64,000 nucleotides of DNA from Octopus vulgaris (GCA_951406725.2 OX597827.1:78554001-78618000); one strand, 5' to 3'; counted from the stretch's first letter, positions 49,331 through 63,784 are shown. Notes: a model not told the origin generated them from the sequence alone. Numbers and translations: made by a program.

Positions 49331-50439
49331 AGACATACAGTCCATATTTTGAGCTGGTATCTCTATCTAAAAATAAAACAACTCGCTGACTACTGTAGCA
49401 AGTGTTTGTAATTTGTTATAATGGCTTTTTTTCACCCTCCCCCCTTTCTCCTGTTATTCTTTCTTCTTTCTTTTTATCTCTCTCTCTCTCTCTCTCTCTC
49501 CCTCCCTCCCTTCCCCAGAAGACAAAAGTAAAGAGAGGGAGAGGAGGAGTAGGAAGTGAGAGAGAGAAGTGGAGGGGAGACTAGTAAGCAGAAAAGTACT
49601 TACTAAGATCAGATAATTTATCAAATAGTGACAGCAGGGGGGTGTGAGGGAAGGGGGTGAGGGGTGAGAGAAGTGTAGATAATAGAGGGGGATGAGGAGG
49701 GGGAGGAGTGGGGGGGACGAGAGAGAAAGAGGATGGGAAGATAGAGGGAGAGAGGTGAGAGGATAGTGTGGCTGTGTGTGTGTGTGTGGGGGGAAGGAAT
49801 GGGAGGGAGGGAGGGAGGGAGATGGAGGTGATGGCAGAGTAGATTGAATGGTGGGAGGAGGAGGAGGAGGAGAGGATAAAAAGAAACGATTGAAAGAAAG
49901 ACGTTATGAATAGAGATTAAAGTCGAAGGGGAATGGTGAGAGGAGAGGCTAGGAAACACAATACAGATGTAAGATGAATAGGGAACAGAAAGGAGAGAGA
50001 GAGAGAGAGAGAGAAATGGGAACAGAGAAGGGGGAAGGGGAGGCGAATGAGAATGAGATGGAAGGATGAGGATATGAAAAGAAGGCAAAGTGGAAGAACT
50101 AAGGAGAAGGAAAGGGAACATAAAAGAAAAAGGGAGAAGGAAGAGGAGAAGTGTTCCGTCATTTCTTCCCCTCCCTACTTGTCTCTCTATCTTTTCCCTC
50201 TTTCTCCTCCTCCTCCTCCTGCCAGACTTCCCTCTACTTCATCGCTACAGAGTTTAATTAGCTTCAGCCGACCTCCCATTGCAGGAACATTGTTGGTTAG
50301 AAAGAAGAAAAAAAAAATGTTAGCCTACAACATTCCGTCCACAAACTTCCCCCTGTGCCGTAGCTCACCTCCTTACCTATCGACTACACGCACTCGCGCA
50401 CACATACACACACATATATATATGTGTATGCATATATAT

Positions 50440-50471
<32 letters not shown>

Positions 50472-51407
50472 ATATATGTAATGTCTGTTTGGTGTGCAGG
50501 CAAGAATGGGCGTGGAGCAAAGGTAAGACTGGAAGTAAAAAGGAGGCAAGTATAAATAGTACAATAAAGAGAATTACCTCCGTCGTCAGCCAGAGAATGC
50601 CTGACCTCTTTGAACAAATTCTGGTTTTCTGGTAATCAGACACCGCCACTAACCACCAGCGCTGGCAGCACCTCCACCACCATCATCATCATCACAAGTG
50701 AATTATTTATTAAACATCAACTGTTTTAGAAAAGAGGGTGTGGAACGAGAGATGATCTGGTGAGAGGAGGGAAAACGAGTCAGAAAAATTGATTTTTATT
50801 TTTAATAAAGATGTTTCTACAATATTAATGGTTTCTGATATTGGCACGGAGCCTGAGATTTTTATGGTAACTGAATGGCAAAGTTGTGGCACGCATGCCG
50901 TTCCCCCACAGTTTTTTTTTCGGAACTGAAAACAATTCAATGAAAATAATACAAATGAGATCTGTAGATATATATGTCACTTCCCCCCCCCTACAAAAAT
51001 ATTTTATTAGTATGCATCATTAAATTTTCAGCCTAATTCAGAGCAGACCAATATCGTATGAAACCGTGTGTAGGGGCGAGCGAAAGAGATTGTGGTGATT
51101 AAATAGCTTGCTAACTAACTTAGGTTGGCATGAGTAGTTAACGTCAAAATTAGAGGCTCGGAAATGGAATTTAGAGAGAAAGATCTAATTAAAAAGGAAA
51201 GAACTTGTTTGAAGAGAAATTAATAGATGCAAAGTCGATCTCATTACGGAATTTATTCCATTGAAATCATTTTTTTTTTTGTTTTTTACTCAGAACTTCT
51301 AACTATACGACAATTCAGTTACCATTCTATTTTCAGATCTATGTATGGTTTCCCAATTAGCATCTCCAGTCGCCCCAAACAGCAGAGAAATATATCCACA
51401 TATACAC

Positions 51408-51575
<168 letters not shown>

Positions 51576-52947
51576 ATATATATGTATATATATAGCCAGT
51601 TTGTAGTCATGTGTTAGTCAACAAACTCTTTCTAAATACATTCGTCTTATTTCAAAATATATTTCTTTTAGTAAAAAAAAGCCATACAATTGATTAAATA
51701 TCTTATTTTTAGAAATTTGCCGTATTTTTTTGGCAGTATTAGTTGCTTGATGTATATTTTCATTTCAGAAATGATTTCGTTTATAACATCTATTACTGTA
51801 ATGAAAGAGAAAAAAATCAAGACTTTTTTCTTCATTCTAAAGGCGAAAAATAAAGAGAATTGTCAAATTAGTATGAAGAATGTAGCTTTGCTGCAATGTT
51901 AGGTGGGTATTTTAATAGCAGATATATTTTATTTCAATAACTGTATTTATCAGTAAATGAAATCAATGCTTCTAGCAGGCTAACATTATTTTAATTGGAG
52001 AGAGAAAGAGAGAGAGAGACCTGAGATGGAGGAAAGGAGAAAGAGAGGAAATAGAGAAAGAGCGAGAAAAAGACAGAGAAACATGGGAAGGAGGAAGGAA
52101 AAAGAGAGAGAGAGAAAGAAAGAGAGAGAGAGTGTATGGCCTAAATTTTCTCGGAAAATGAGCCATGTGACATAGTTGTATTTCGGCACTTAAGCGCTTC
52201 TAGTTTCTTGACAACGGTGGAAAGCAATTCCCTACCTACAAATGTCGGAAAGCTTGCTGTATGATTGAATCACAAACTTTCTCACAGTTAATTTATCTCT
52301 AGAAGAAGCTTTAATGATTAAACGTTCGTCTGCGTTTTCTTTTTCCAGTTCCTCATAGCAACAGTATATGAATTAAACTATTGTATTGTTATTCTTTTGC
52401 TTGACCTATGACATTTCCAAAATTAAAAGCAAGCATTGCAAAGAATTTCAACGTTGTGTTTTCATATCTATTGAATCTGATCGTTAAATAGCTGTTCCCA
52501 TTTGTTTTTAGCAAAGGCGCAAAATTAAACCCAAAACTTAGATAGAATAGAGGAAGCAAAAGGAGGAAATTAACAGGTAACCGAAGTGCAGGAAGGGGTA
52601 CGAAACTATCCAAAGAAATAATTCGGTTCCAGCACACACTGACCAAATTTCGGCCCCTCCCAAACTTTAATCGACACCCCCATCGCATCAGTTGCCATTT
52701 TATATTTGAATTTCTCTAGTTATAAATAAATATAATAAATAGGTATCGAGAAATAAGGTGAAGGATGGTAGATAAAAATAACACCGATTATTTAATGATA
52801 CTACTCCCACCCCCCGCTTTCTATATAACGGTAAAAAAAAAACGTTATTTAATTACTGGCGTTTTATATATTAAACCAAATACTAACGTTTTAATAGAAA
52901 CCATTTCTTTGTACAATGCTTTTACATTATATTATATTATATTATAT

Positions 52948-52982
<35 letters not shown>

Positions 52983-53429
52983 GAATAAATTCATTTTTAA
53001 TATGGTTCTGTTGTGTATTTCTCCGAATGAGATAAATTCTTGACACAAGTAATTATATCTCGAGCGAGATGTATTTCTGAACGTCATAAAAAACATGGCA
53101 CTGCTAATTATTGTAGTAGCAGCCACCACTAACATATAAAACACAACCCGTCCTCCACATATTTTACTGCAGTTTTTTATTGCTTTTTTTTTGTGTTGTT
53201 TTATTCTACTTCCTTTTTTTTTTTTTTTCTTTCTCCATCTTAACTCCCTACATAGACTGATTTATATTTCGGAATTCAAAATAATTATTTAAAAAAAAAA
53301 AATTAAAAAAAAGAGAGAGATGGAGGGGATTAAATAAATATATGAGAAGAATTGAAGTTGACTTGATGAAAGTCATTTGTTTTGATAAGAGGTAAATTAA
53401 AACATTTGTAATGATTGTGGTGAAGTCTG

Positions 53430-53790
53430 AAGACTGGAGGTGCGTGTGACGTAGCAACTTCCGTCAGGGAAATGAGAAAAACCTGTCAAGTCTCCTTCTT
53501 CCTCCTCACCCTCTCTCTCTCTCTCCCTCTCTCTCTCTCTCCGTCGCGGTTACTTCCCTTGGCTGACCCCCCTCCTTCTCTCTCGGTTTTTGTTGTTTTT
53601 TCTTCTTCATAATATGGTAAACTGTAAGAGAGGGGTCCTTAGTCTAGAAGGGCTTTCGCTGCTCGCCCGACTCTCAGCTTTACCACAATATTGACACAAA
53701 CACAAAGAAGTGAACGGTACCTAAAAACTGATCATTGGCGAGAAACGAAAAAAAAAAAAAAACCCCAGCCAAGTAACTTTGAAGAGAAAT
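53430..53790 (+). promoter_or_regulatory. Putative promoter and first exon of a plus-strand gene; possibly a divergent promoter shared with the ZNF gene
   Basis: CpG-enriched, repeat-poor region with CRE-like TGACGT and ETS-like ACTTCCG (about 53447-53463), CT-rich tracts, and a consensus donor AAAT|GTAAGT at 53791. Confidence 0.45.
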
Positions 53791-56719
53791 GTAAGTATTT
53801 CTTATAAATTAATAATACTTATTATGGCCAGCTGGAAATAGAGAGAGAGAGAAATACTTATGAGCAGAGCTTTGTGTGTGTTTCAGATATATATATGTGT
53901 GTGTTTTTGTATCTTACTCTTCACAATTTATTACCACCGTTTACCATTGTTTAATTGAATCATTGGACCAATGTCTTCCTGCCTGAATTCTGCAGTTTTA
54001 TTGGGCTTGGATGATGTGGGGGAAACTTCCCCCAATTTCCTAGATTCTAAATAGGCGCCTGAAACAGACCTAACCAGGTGCCCGTTTCCGTATCTCTCTC
54101 TCTCTCTCTCCTCCTTCTTCTTCTTCTTCTTCCATTACTAACCACCCTACCACAAACACCCTTCATTTCCTCTGTTTATCTATTAAGTGCCGATTTATCC
54201 AGCTTTAATTTCGATCACAGACCCAGGTAAGTTGGAAGGTTATGCTTTAAGATAATCGTATGAAACAATTAACACCAATTTTCCCTTCCACTCTCCCTCG
54301 TATATCCCACTAGGCCTGTTTTTATCCTCCTCTCGACACCTCCTCCTCTATATACCCGCTGAACCTCTCTGCTTGCCCTATTATTACCGTTTAGTATCCG
54401 AACACTTCCGTACATCCACATTCACTGACATAAATATGTGTGTATCTATGTGTATATATGCTTGTCTGTGTATTTACCCCTCACATATTACTAAGTTTTA
54501 ATACATCTAGCGATACGTTTTGTCTGGCCGCTACTATTGCACTTTGGCTACATACTTCATTACTGCATATATGTGTGTGTATATATATATATACACACAC
54601 TCGCATATAATTGACGATTCTATTATGGCTGAGAGAATGTGTGCTTCGTTGTAATAATAACTGAGTTTGGTGATATTTAAAATGAACTGCTACTGTTGAA
54701 GTGATCTCCTTCTACTCCTTGCGTGTCTATAGTCGCCTCTCTGACGTTTATTATAACTACAGCAAATTAAGGCCTATAAGAGAGAACAGACCTACTTGCA
54801 CAATATACCGACAAGAAGAGGTTCCCATGATGAGTACATGTGTGTCTGCCTGCTTCTCTGTCGATCTATCTATCTGTGAGTGCGTGGAAACCTTATTAGT
54901 ATGGTTCGCCCTTTAAATAAACATTTCTCCTGGACAATTACCCAGGAAGAAAACATTTTGTTTTCGCTTAATGTTTCCTACAGAATTCACTTGAAAAGAA
55001 TAACTCGTTTCGTTGAATTTCGTTTAAATGGAACAGATTCTGGGGGTGTTGCAGTTGTAGACTCACTGGAGGATAATTCTTTTAGTTTTTTTAACCATTC
55101 ATATTTTTCATTATTTTCCCCAACGGTGCAAGTTGATGTTTTTTTTTTCTTTGAGATTTTCCTAGATTTTATTAATTATATTAATTAGAGAGCCTTTTCA
55201 CGCGACCGTTTGTTGCTTGTGTATAATGAGCTCATTACAAATAACAAAAGCTGTGTTTTACCCACAGATACGAAGGTGATGTTTATTTGTCAGCAACTTT
55301 TAGCGATCGACGGCTTTGGGTTGTGGTTGAGGTCCGCTCCGATAAGAATAGACAGACCATTCCGGTCACAGAGATATCGCCTTTTCTTCTGTAGTGCATG
55401 CCAAGGGCAACGATATATACTTTTATACGGCTGTAGGGTGTGGTTTGAGAGAGACTAGCTGCTATTTCTAAAAGATTGAGTGACCACGTAGAGGCTTCGT
55501 CATTGGCTCGTCCACTTTTTTTTTGTCTTGTAGTCGTGGGCAGAGGCTATGCCCATACCCCTTTCCAGACAGAACCTCCCAGAGTGGTGCGTGAAGAGAA
55601 GGAAGAAGATATACTCCAACTGAAATGCTTACAGCAGAGCAGACTCCGTTAAATAGACCCCATTCGTCAGGTGGTGGAGTTAAACCCGACTACAGTTTAG
55701 GCCGAAGTCAGTCCTAATCAAATAGATTTATGATCGAAGGCATTCCAGCCTTGATCATCCCGTCCTCTGTACATCTATGTCTACACTGTCCATTGTGGAT
55801 TCAAGTATAAACAAACTCCTGTTTAATGGCTTCACCCTCCACAAGGACAGCAAAGTAATTATAAGAAATGTTTTCAATATTTGAGGAACCTCCAGTTGTC
55901 ATTTATTTTAACAAGAGACCTTCAAGTTTTATATACTCGAGGGCCTCACTGTGTCTAAATCCAAAACTAAATGGGTTCTTTTTATTTTATTTCTTTTGCA
56001 AGACAGTAATGTACAATCTGAAAGAATAGAATTTAGCTGATATTTCTTGCAGGTTGGTTATCCCATATAGCTTTCCCTTATTTGTGCACTCTTGAGTAAC
56101 TGGAAGGTGGTGAATATTGTAGGACCCTGGGCCTGGCTCTCACTCACACATTTCATGCAACAATCACAGTAGGAGTCAAAACCTGCACTTCAAGTGCTCC
56201 TGCTACTTGTGGCAGTAAGTTTTATCTGTGACTATCTTCTGTAGGATGGAGGCCCCACAGTTGATAGTCACAGCAAGATGGACTGGGGCATTGGATCCAT
56301 AAATTGACACAGCCTGTATCTGTGATGGGGTATGTTGGATATATGTCAACAGCAATTTACACTTCACACACTGAACCTTTATTCTTTCTTCTTAGAACTG
56401 TAGGGGTGCTGGGGCAAGTGTTTTCTCCTGTAGCCCTAGACTAACAAAAGACTTGTGAGTGGATTTGGTAGAAGCTCATGTGTGTGTGTGCACCAATGCC
56501 TGGACATTACATGGTGGTCGTAAGCAAGCATCATCATCGTCATATAAGCAAGGCTGCTCATTTTCAGTCTTCTGTGAAACATTTATCTGGCCATGGGAAA
56601 TATCTTGTATTTGGGAACAGGTAAGGGTTGGTAACCGAAAGGATATCAAGCCATAGAAAATCTACCTCAGCGGATTCTGTCTGACCCATGCAAGCATGGA
56701 AAAATGGACATTAAAATGA

Positions 56720-57345
56720 TTTTGACCAGAACCTCTGGAAATATGCTGTGTTGCAGAAGACTCGGCAAGTGCAAGTGTGACCATAACCTTGTGGCCTATG
56801 CTAGGGGTGTAACCAGTCCACTTGTGCGTGCCTTTTCTTCATTGGACACTAAACTCTGCTTGCGAAGACCAATTGAGGCAAGTGAAGTCGAAATCAAATT
56901 CGGTGACTGGCATCCGTTGCTAGTGGAGCGTTCAGAGTACCCTACGAGTGAGATCGTTGCCAGAGCAACAAGCTGGCCTTCGTGCCGATGGCACATTAAG
57001 CACACCATTCAAGTGTGATTGTTACCACGTCGCCTTACTAGCACTTGTGCTGGTGGCATGTGAAATATTCAAGCAAGGTCGTCGCCAGTGCTGCTGGACT
57101 GGCTCCTGTGCAGGTGGCACATATAAAGCACCATTTGGGCGTGGCTGTTGCCAGTACCACCAAACTGGCCCTCGTGCCGGTGGCAAGTAAAAGCACCCAT
57201 TACACTCTCGGAGTGGTTGGCGTTAGGAAGGGCATCCAGCTGTAGAAACTCTGCCAGATCAGATTGGAGTCTGGTTCGCCAGACCTCAGTCAAATCGTCC
57301 AACCCATGCTAGCATGGAAAGCGGATGTTAAATGATGATGATGAT
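56720..57345 (+). mobile_element. RTE-LINE 3' end with complete tail
   Basis: Starts with an ORF end DQNLWKYAVLQKT similar to 9510-9550, then the family C tail and (GAT)n. Confidence 0.75.
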
Positions 57346-57719
57346 GTAACTGTGTGGTCAAGAAGCTTAGGTTCAGTCCCACTGCATGGCACCTTAGGCA
57401 AGTGTCTTCTACTATAACCCTGGGCCAACCAAAACCTTGTGAGTGAATTTGGTAGACAGAAACTGAAAGAATCCCATATGTATGTGTGTGTGTTTGCGCA
57501 TGTATCTTTGTCTTGATATCACATGGTGGATGTAAGCGAATGTCACCATCTTACAAGCAATGATGTTTGTTCAAAGTCTTCTGTGAAAAACATGTCTGGC
57601 CATGGGAGATATTAGCTTAGAAACTGGTGAGAATTGGTAACAGAATGAGCATGTAGCCATAGAAGATATGCCTTGACAAATTTCATCCGACCCATGCAAG
57701 GATGGAAGAATATCAACAT

Positions 57720-58950
57720 CATCATTGTTTAACATCTGCTTCCCATACTGGCCTGGATTGGACGGTTTGACAGGAGCCTGCACCAGTCTTCCATGTTTGT
57801 TTAGGCAGGATTTTTACAGCTGGATGCCCTTCCTATCACCAACCACCCAGCAGAGTGGACTGAGTGCTTTTTACATGGCACCAGCACAAGCAAGGTCAGT
57901 TTTGGCAAGGTTTTTACTGCTGGATGCTTTTTATGTGGCACCAGCACTGGCAGGGTTACCAAATAACCTGCAAGACAAAGATCTTTTGAGGAAGGAGGGG
58001 GCATTGGAGGAGGTGATCTTGTGTCAGATGATGAAAGGTTGGATTGTGCCAGAGAGACAGAAGCAGGTGTCTTGTTGTAGAGGAGATACATGGTTACCCG
58101 GCCAGAGAGAGTGATAAGGGATTAAGACCGAAACAGGTGTGCTGCTGTAACGGAGAGACATGGTTACCCAGGCAGAGGGAAGAGCAGGAGAGAGATGGTA
58201 GCAGAGTGCCAGGCATACTCATTGGGGGGTGGGGATCAGAATATAAATGAGATAGTTGAGTAAAAGAAGAAATAGCAATCAAACAGTGAACAGGGCCATG
58301 AAGACAGGATTGGGGAATGAGAGGTAAGCACAGTGCATGAAAGAAGGGATGTGAGAAAGAGAAAAGATGGAGTTAGGTTTGTTGGGGGTAGGATGTGGGA
58401 AAAGTTTTGTTATTATGTGTGGATGGAACACAAGCACTTGTAGAACTCAGTTTTGCTGACATGGGCAGGTCTTCTCAAGAACCTCATATCACCATACATC
58501 TCAGTCTATTGTCATTTCCTCTGTGAGTTCCAGCACCCTGAGATCAGTTCTTACCATTTCATCCCGTGTCTTCCTGGCTCTCCATCTTCCACAGGTACCA
58601 TCCACTTTCGGTGATTGGTACTTCTTTATGCAGCTGTCCTCATTCATGCACATCATAGTCCTCTCTCTTGCATGCTGCATTTGGTGCCTCTTATGCGTGA
58701 CTTTTCTCTCAATATGTTTGCACTTTGTTGTACATGCACATCCAATGGAGCATACTGCCTTCATTTCTCTCCAGTCCACGCATGTCTTCTGCATTCAGGG
58801 CCCATGTCTCGCTGCCATGGAATATAACCATTCATACACAAGCATCATACAATCTACCCTTCACTCTGTGAAAGAGTCCTTTTGTTGCCAGCAGAGGTAA
58901 TAGCTCTCTGAACTTTCTCCATCCTATTCGTATTCTAGAAACAATACTTT
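57720..58950 (-). mobile_element. 5'-truncated RTE-clade LINE (RT C-terminus 58460-58950 plus tail)
   Basis: Broken frames read KFRELLPLLATKG...GRLYDACV...HGSETWAL and CIKKYQSPKVDGTCGRWRARKTRDEMVRTDLRVL. Confidence 0.8.
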
Positions 58951-58960
58951 CAGAGCATTT

Positions 58961-59000
58961 TCCACCTGATGATGGCATTCTCCTTGAAATAGGTCATGGA
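58961..59000 (+). ncRNA. Minimal hammerhead-like motif, probably the head of a degraded PLE extending to about 59850
   Basis: tcca-c-CTGATGA-tggcattctcctt-GAAATAGGTC-a-tgga. Confidence 0.5.
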
Positions 59001-60125
59001 CTTTGCTCTAACTATGCCATTAGGAAAAACAAAACCTGAAGGCATTGAAAAATGGCTGCAGAAACGATGTCAAGGTTAGAGGATTTGAGTGGCTTTTTAA
59101 TCAACAACTGGTTGCTTGCTGTGCATCCACATTAAGTAGTTTACACAGCTGATTGTCATTAGTTGAAGCTAAAGAGAGGCAGAGTGATTGATTGCTACAA
59201 AAGATTGTTTATGTAGTATGATGTCCAGTTGTTTCCTTAATCCTATTCACATTCCGCTTCGGATCTGTCATCCTCAACACAGCCATAGACAGGCCTTCCT
59301 CTTAAGGACAGAAAATATTTCAGCAAGTGCTGACACCCTACTGTAGAGCTCAGGTCAGACCCACTATGGAGTGTTATTGCCAAATCAGGGGACTATTCGC
59401 TGATTAGCAAGAATTTCCTCTCCAACACCCTCTGACCTCTCACTCACATACCTACCATCTCCTTCCCCTTCCCTCTCCCCAGTTACTCAGAGATGCTGGC
59501 CTTGTGTCACCACCCCTTAGACACTCCTGACTCACCTGTCTCTCACCCTTCATTCATCCTCCATATTTTATCCACTCTTCCACACCCTGCCCTAACCACT
59601 TTACCCAGTCCTTCCTCTCCAGAATGCCATCCCACTGAAATTCTTTCCCCCAGTTGTCAATTTATTTATAATTATTCAGTGTGGGGCTGCATCCATCTCC
59701 CTCATCTCTGGGTGCCTGTGTAGGCTTTAGATAGAGCCCCTCCCTTCAGGTCTGTGTTCTGGACCCTAAAAAACCTACTCCACAGACCCAAACACTGACT
59801 CCTCTCCATCTCATCTTCCGTTCATTAATCTTTCACCAACAACTTCAACTCCATCTTTTGTTGTTGGTATTTTGTCTTTTACAGTTTTACAACCATTTTT
59901 TGTTTGTTTGTTATCATGGCTAAAATTCCATTTTTTATTAGTTTTAGTTATTGCCATGTTGGGGCAATACCTTCAAGGGTTTTAGCTTATATTGACCCTG
60001 GTATTTTCTATTTATTTCATTGTTTTCTTAAGGCACAAAATGCAGACTTTTGCATAAAGGAGATTCTCACCCCAACATTGATGTAAACCCACACACACAC
60101 ATCTCCTACATATGTATATATCTTT

Positions 60126-60359
60126 TATTTCTTTATTGTCCACAAGGGGCTAAACATAGAGGGGACAAACAAGGACAGACAAAGGGATTAAGTCTATTAC
60201 ATTGACCCCAGTGCATAACTGGTACTTAATTTATCGACCCCGAAAGTATGAAAGCCAAAGTCGACCTCGGCAGAATTTAAACTCAGAATGTAACAGCAGA
60301 CAAAATACCCCTTAGCATTTCGCCCGGCATGCTAACGTTTCTGCCAGCTCGCTGCCTTG
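60126..60359 (-). mobile_element. SINE family B with a ~16-bp TSD
   Basis: atatgtatatatcttt flanks both ends. Confidence 0.88.
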
Positions 60360-60596
60360 AATATGTATATATCTTTATCTATCATATATCTATGATTTGA
60401 ACTTCTAATAGCTATGTTGCCTGTAGTCCAGTACCTTAACTTCACAGCCATTACAGGTAGCAATGTTTTTTCTGTATCTTAACAGTTTACAATCAGTCTT
60501 CAGTCCCATGGGTATACCTCTTGAAGGAACCTCTACATAACCAACCAACTCATTAGAAATAGTAGCCAGAGCTCTCTTAAATAAGGTAAGACATTT

Positions 60597-60834
60597 CAGT
60601 GGTTGTTGACCATTTGATTCCTGTTTCACTTTATCTTATCTCCATGGCCATTTGATGTATATAAAAAAATCCTCTTGTATTTTTATGATTAAATATTATT
60701 AAGAATTACATAAAAAAACTTAAAATATTTTGTGTAATGTAGATGTATAAGCAATTTATTGATTGTAAATTTTAGCAAAAAAAAATCTTATCTGGACTCC
60801 TGAGGGCCGTATGGCCCCTGGTTGACAACCACTG
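60597..60834. mobile_element. hAT-like MITE
   Basis: TIRs cagtggttgttgacca / tggttgacaaccactg (14/16 match); no clean 8-bp TSD. Confidence 0.6.
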
Positions 60835-61129
60835 CATCTGATTATATGACCCTAGTAATGAGACAACAGCACGTCCAGTTGTACCTGGACAGTAACACAT
60901 CAGTAATGATGGACACTCAGAGAGTGATGTAGAGAAGAGATTCACCGAAGCTGCTGCTGTTTTCAGTGTTTGTGAGGAACAGGCCTGGCCACGGGAAATA
61001 TTACCTTGCTTGGAAATAGGTGAGAGAATGAGCACTTGGCTGTGGGAAACAGGCCTCATTTAATTTCATTTAACGCATGCAAGGATGAAAAAGGGGACAA
61101 CTAATGATGATGGTTTTATATATATAAAA

Positions 61130-61520
61130 TCATCATCATCATTTAATGTCTGTTTTCCGTGCTGGCATGGGTTGGACGGTTTGACTGACGTCTGGAGAGC
61201 CAGGTGGCTGCACCGGGCTCCAATCTGATCTGGCAATGTTTCTACAGCTGGATGCCCTTCCTAATGCCAACCACTCCAAGAGTGTAGTAGGTGCTTTATA
61301 CAGGCCACCTACACAGGATCCAGTCAGGCACTTCAGAGAATGCTTTTTATGTGCCACCAGCATGGGGGCCAGTCAGTGGCATCGGCCACATTCGGATGGT
61401 GCTTTTTATGTGCCACCAGCACAAGAGTCAGTCGGGGAGTGCTGGCATTGGCCATGTTTGGTTGGTACTTTTTACGTGCCACCAGCACGAGAGGCAGTCA
61501 GGCAGACCTGGCAATGATCA
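61130..61520 (-). mobile_element. RTE-LINE 3' tail repeat (family C)
   Basis: (CAT)n, gctggatgcccttcctaatgccaacc, tandem gtgccaccagca units. Confidence 0.8.
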
Positions 61521-62379
61521 TCTATATGTATGGGCTTCCAACTGTAAAAAAATCTATGGCAGAAAGTAAGTTTCCAACTTATTCTATTGTTGTAGATGAC
61601 TAGGGACTAGAGACCATGACAGGAGGTAAGATGATTTGGGATCTATCCACCCACACCTGGCCTTTTAGCAGGATCCATTCTGTTCGAAGTATTTCAGACA
61701 GTTCTCTAGTCTGATGATGTATGGTCCAACTCCCCCATCAACCAATGCGCCAAACCTCACCCGTATACATCCGTTCTTATATGATTTATGCCTGTGAATT
61801 TTGAAACAAACAACAAATTCTATAAAACTACAGAGGTCTCTTGCAGGCATTGTCTTAGGAGTGTACTAAGAATTTCTTGGTGCAACTTCATCACAAATTA
61901 AGTTGTGGAAAAACCGAGGATTGAGTTGGCTCTGGGATTCTGTCAGTGTCAGATGGAGGGAATTACTTTGCATCCTCCTGAAGAGAGCTGTGAGAGTCTC
62001 TCTTGAATGGAAGGCAGGCTTGTCAGGACCTGGTTGAGATGTGGAGGAGAGCTTGGCAGATACAGGGCTAGTTTGGTAGAAAGCTCATGACAGAGTTTGA
62101 CCGTTGCTGGGTGAAGATCTCCAGTCACTTGGTGCTCCAGTAGAAGTGGGATGAACTGAGACTTAGATAAAAAGAAGAGATGATCATGGCTGGAATGTCT
62201 TTGATCATAGGGTTGCTTCATTGAGGTTGGCCTGGGGCTAAACAACAACTAGCTGCTGTTGAGCAAGGAGCCTCAGTGGTTGCTTAACTAGCTAGAAATA
62301 GTAGCCAAATACATTACATGGTCACAGATTGTCTGCTTTGAACCTAAATAATGACATCACCATTGAATGATGTGCTCCT

Positions 62380-62685
62380 GTTGACATCCTTTTGTATCGG
62401 GAGACAATGGAGTTGCACATCTGCCACTTTTTACAGCTGCACTGAAGTGTCCTCCAGTTTTGCGCAGGCCTGGGCTAGATGTAAGAAAATCCTGGGTAGC
62501 CCAATTGTCACGATTCCTCTCTCGACTTTGCTGACATAGTCCAAAGGAGTGCAGAGCATGTTTGGCACCAGCTTGGTTGCAGGAGCTGCTGAAAGAGTGT
62601 CAAGTCGAACACTAAACCACCAATGGGGCTCCACTCTGGATTTCTTTGAAGGCTGTCTCCTTTCTGTAACCCTGGATAGGGGCCT
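62380..62685 (-). mobile_element. Second copy of the 15761-16075 repeat
   Basis: Reverse-complement similarity; both copies give the same peptide LDYVSKVERGI in the ORF track. Confidence 0.7.
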
Positions 62686-63592
62686 GTCAGCCAGAGCCAG
62701 CTGAGCCTGGGACTCGTGTCAGGCAGGGTTGTCACTCTCTGAAGTAGTGAAGAAAATCATAACCCACTCCCTAAATAGACTATATCTGAAGAAAGGCAGG
62801 ATGGTCACAGCTGGAACCTCTTTGATCAGCGAGTGGCTGGATCAGAGTTGATCTTGAGACAAGCAACAATATATTCCTTTCTGAAATGGAAAACTGATTA
62901 TTGTTGATGAAAACACAAGATCATTAAATTTTTATCTATTGATTAGAAACTCTCAGCCAATCATTCAAGTCTCTTCTGGAAATCTTTGTCTACCCCCAGT
63001 CTACTCCACCCCAACCCACACCCTTCTCTTTTCTTAAACTTGAGCTTTTGGTGGGACAAAAAGTTGAATCAGGTGCTGATGTTTTGTTGGTGTAATCTGG
63101 GTGGTTGGTTGAGGAAGGCATATTCAGGGCCTTCACAGGCTCTTCCAAACCAAAATCTTATATCTTGCAAGCTTCATTAATAATGCTGACCTTTCATAAA
63201 CATCTTATAAGAAGGAAGCTTTTAAAGGGTTGCTCTTCTTGCTAGAAATATCAACTGAATCTCCCTCAAATCATATTCTACCATTCTAAACATGGTAGGG
63301 CATCAGATAATGTACTCCTGGCTGTACTGTCTTAAGGGATGGAAACACTGGACAGATACTAGGGGCCCACTGTAAATCCATGAATGTTGTAATTTGTCAA
63401 ATACTACAGGCCTTAGTGTCTTACTTGACTGGGGGTGGGGTATGGCTATGATGCTGTTAAGACAGCCCTGAGTGCTAGGTATATTAACCCTAAAGATGAT
63501 AGGACGGTCATGCCTGGAATACTTAACCATGGTTCAGCTGAAACAGGATGGGGTCAGGGCTAAGCAGCAACACCTTATTTGTTGTAGTTGAA

Positions 63593-63784
63593 CCCTTTAA
63601 CGTTCAGATTATTCTGTAAATAAATGTAATGCCTATTTATTTACATTGTTTTCAATTATCTTCTTGTTTTGAGATTTCAATGACATGTTAGGGTAAGTGT
63701 GAGAGGCCAGATCAGGTTGGTTTGAACATAAAACTGGTAGAATATTTTGGCTGGATCTGACCAGTTTAAATGCTGAAGGATTAA
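63593..63784 (-). mobile_element. TTAA MITE, family P1
   Basis: Reverse-complement similarity to 10182-10402. Confidence 0.7.

Noticed and set aside
57030-57200. Regularly spaced gtggca repeats resembling a CRISPR array (also 6360-6480, 43640-43805 and 61330-61490)
   Set aside because: Degenerate tandem subrepeats of the RTE tail in a eukaryote; the spacers are related to each other and there are no cas genes
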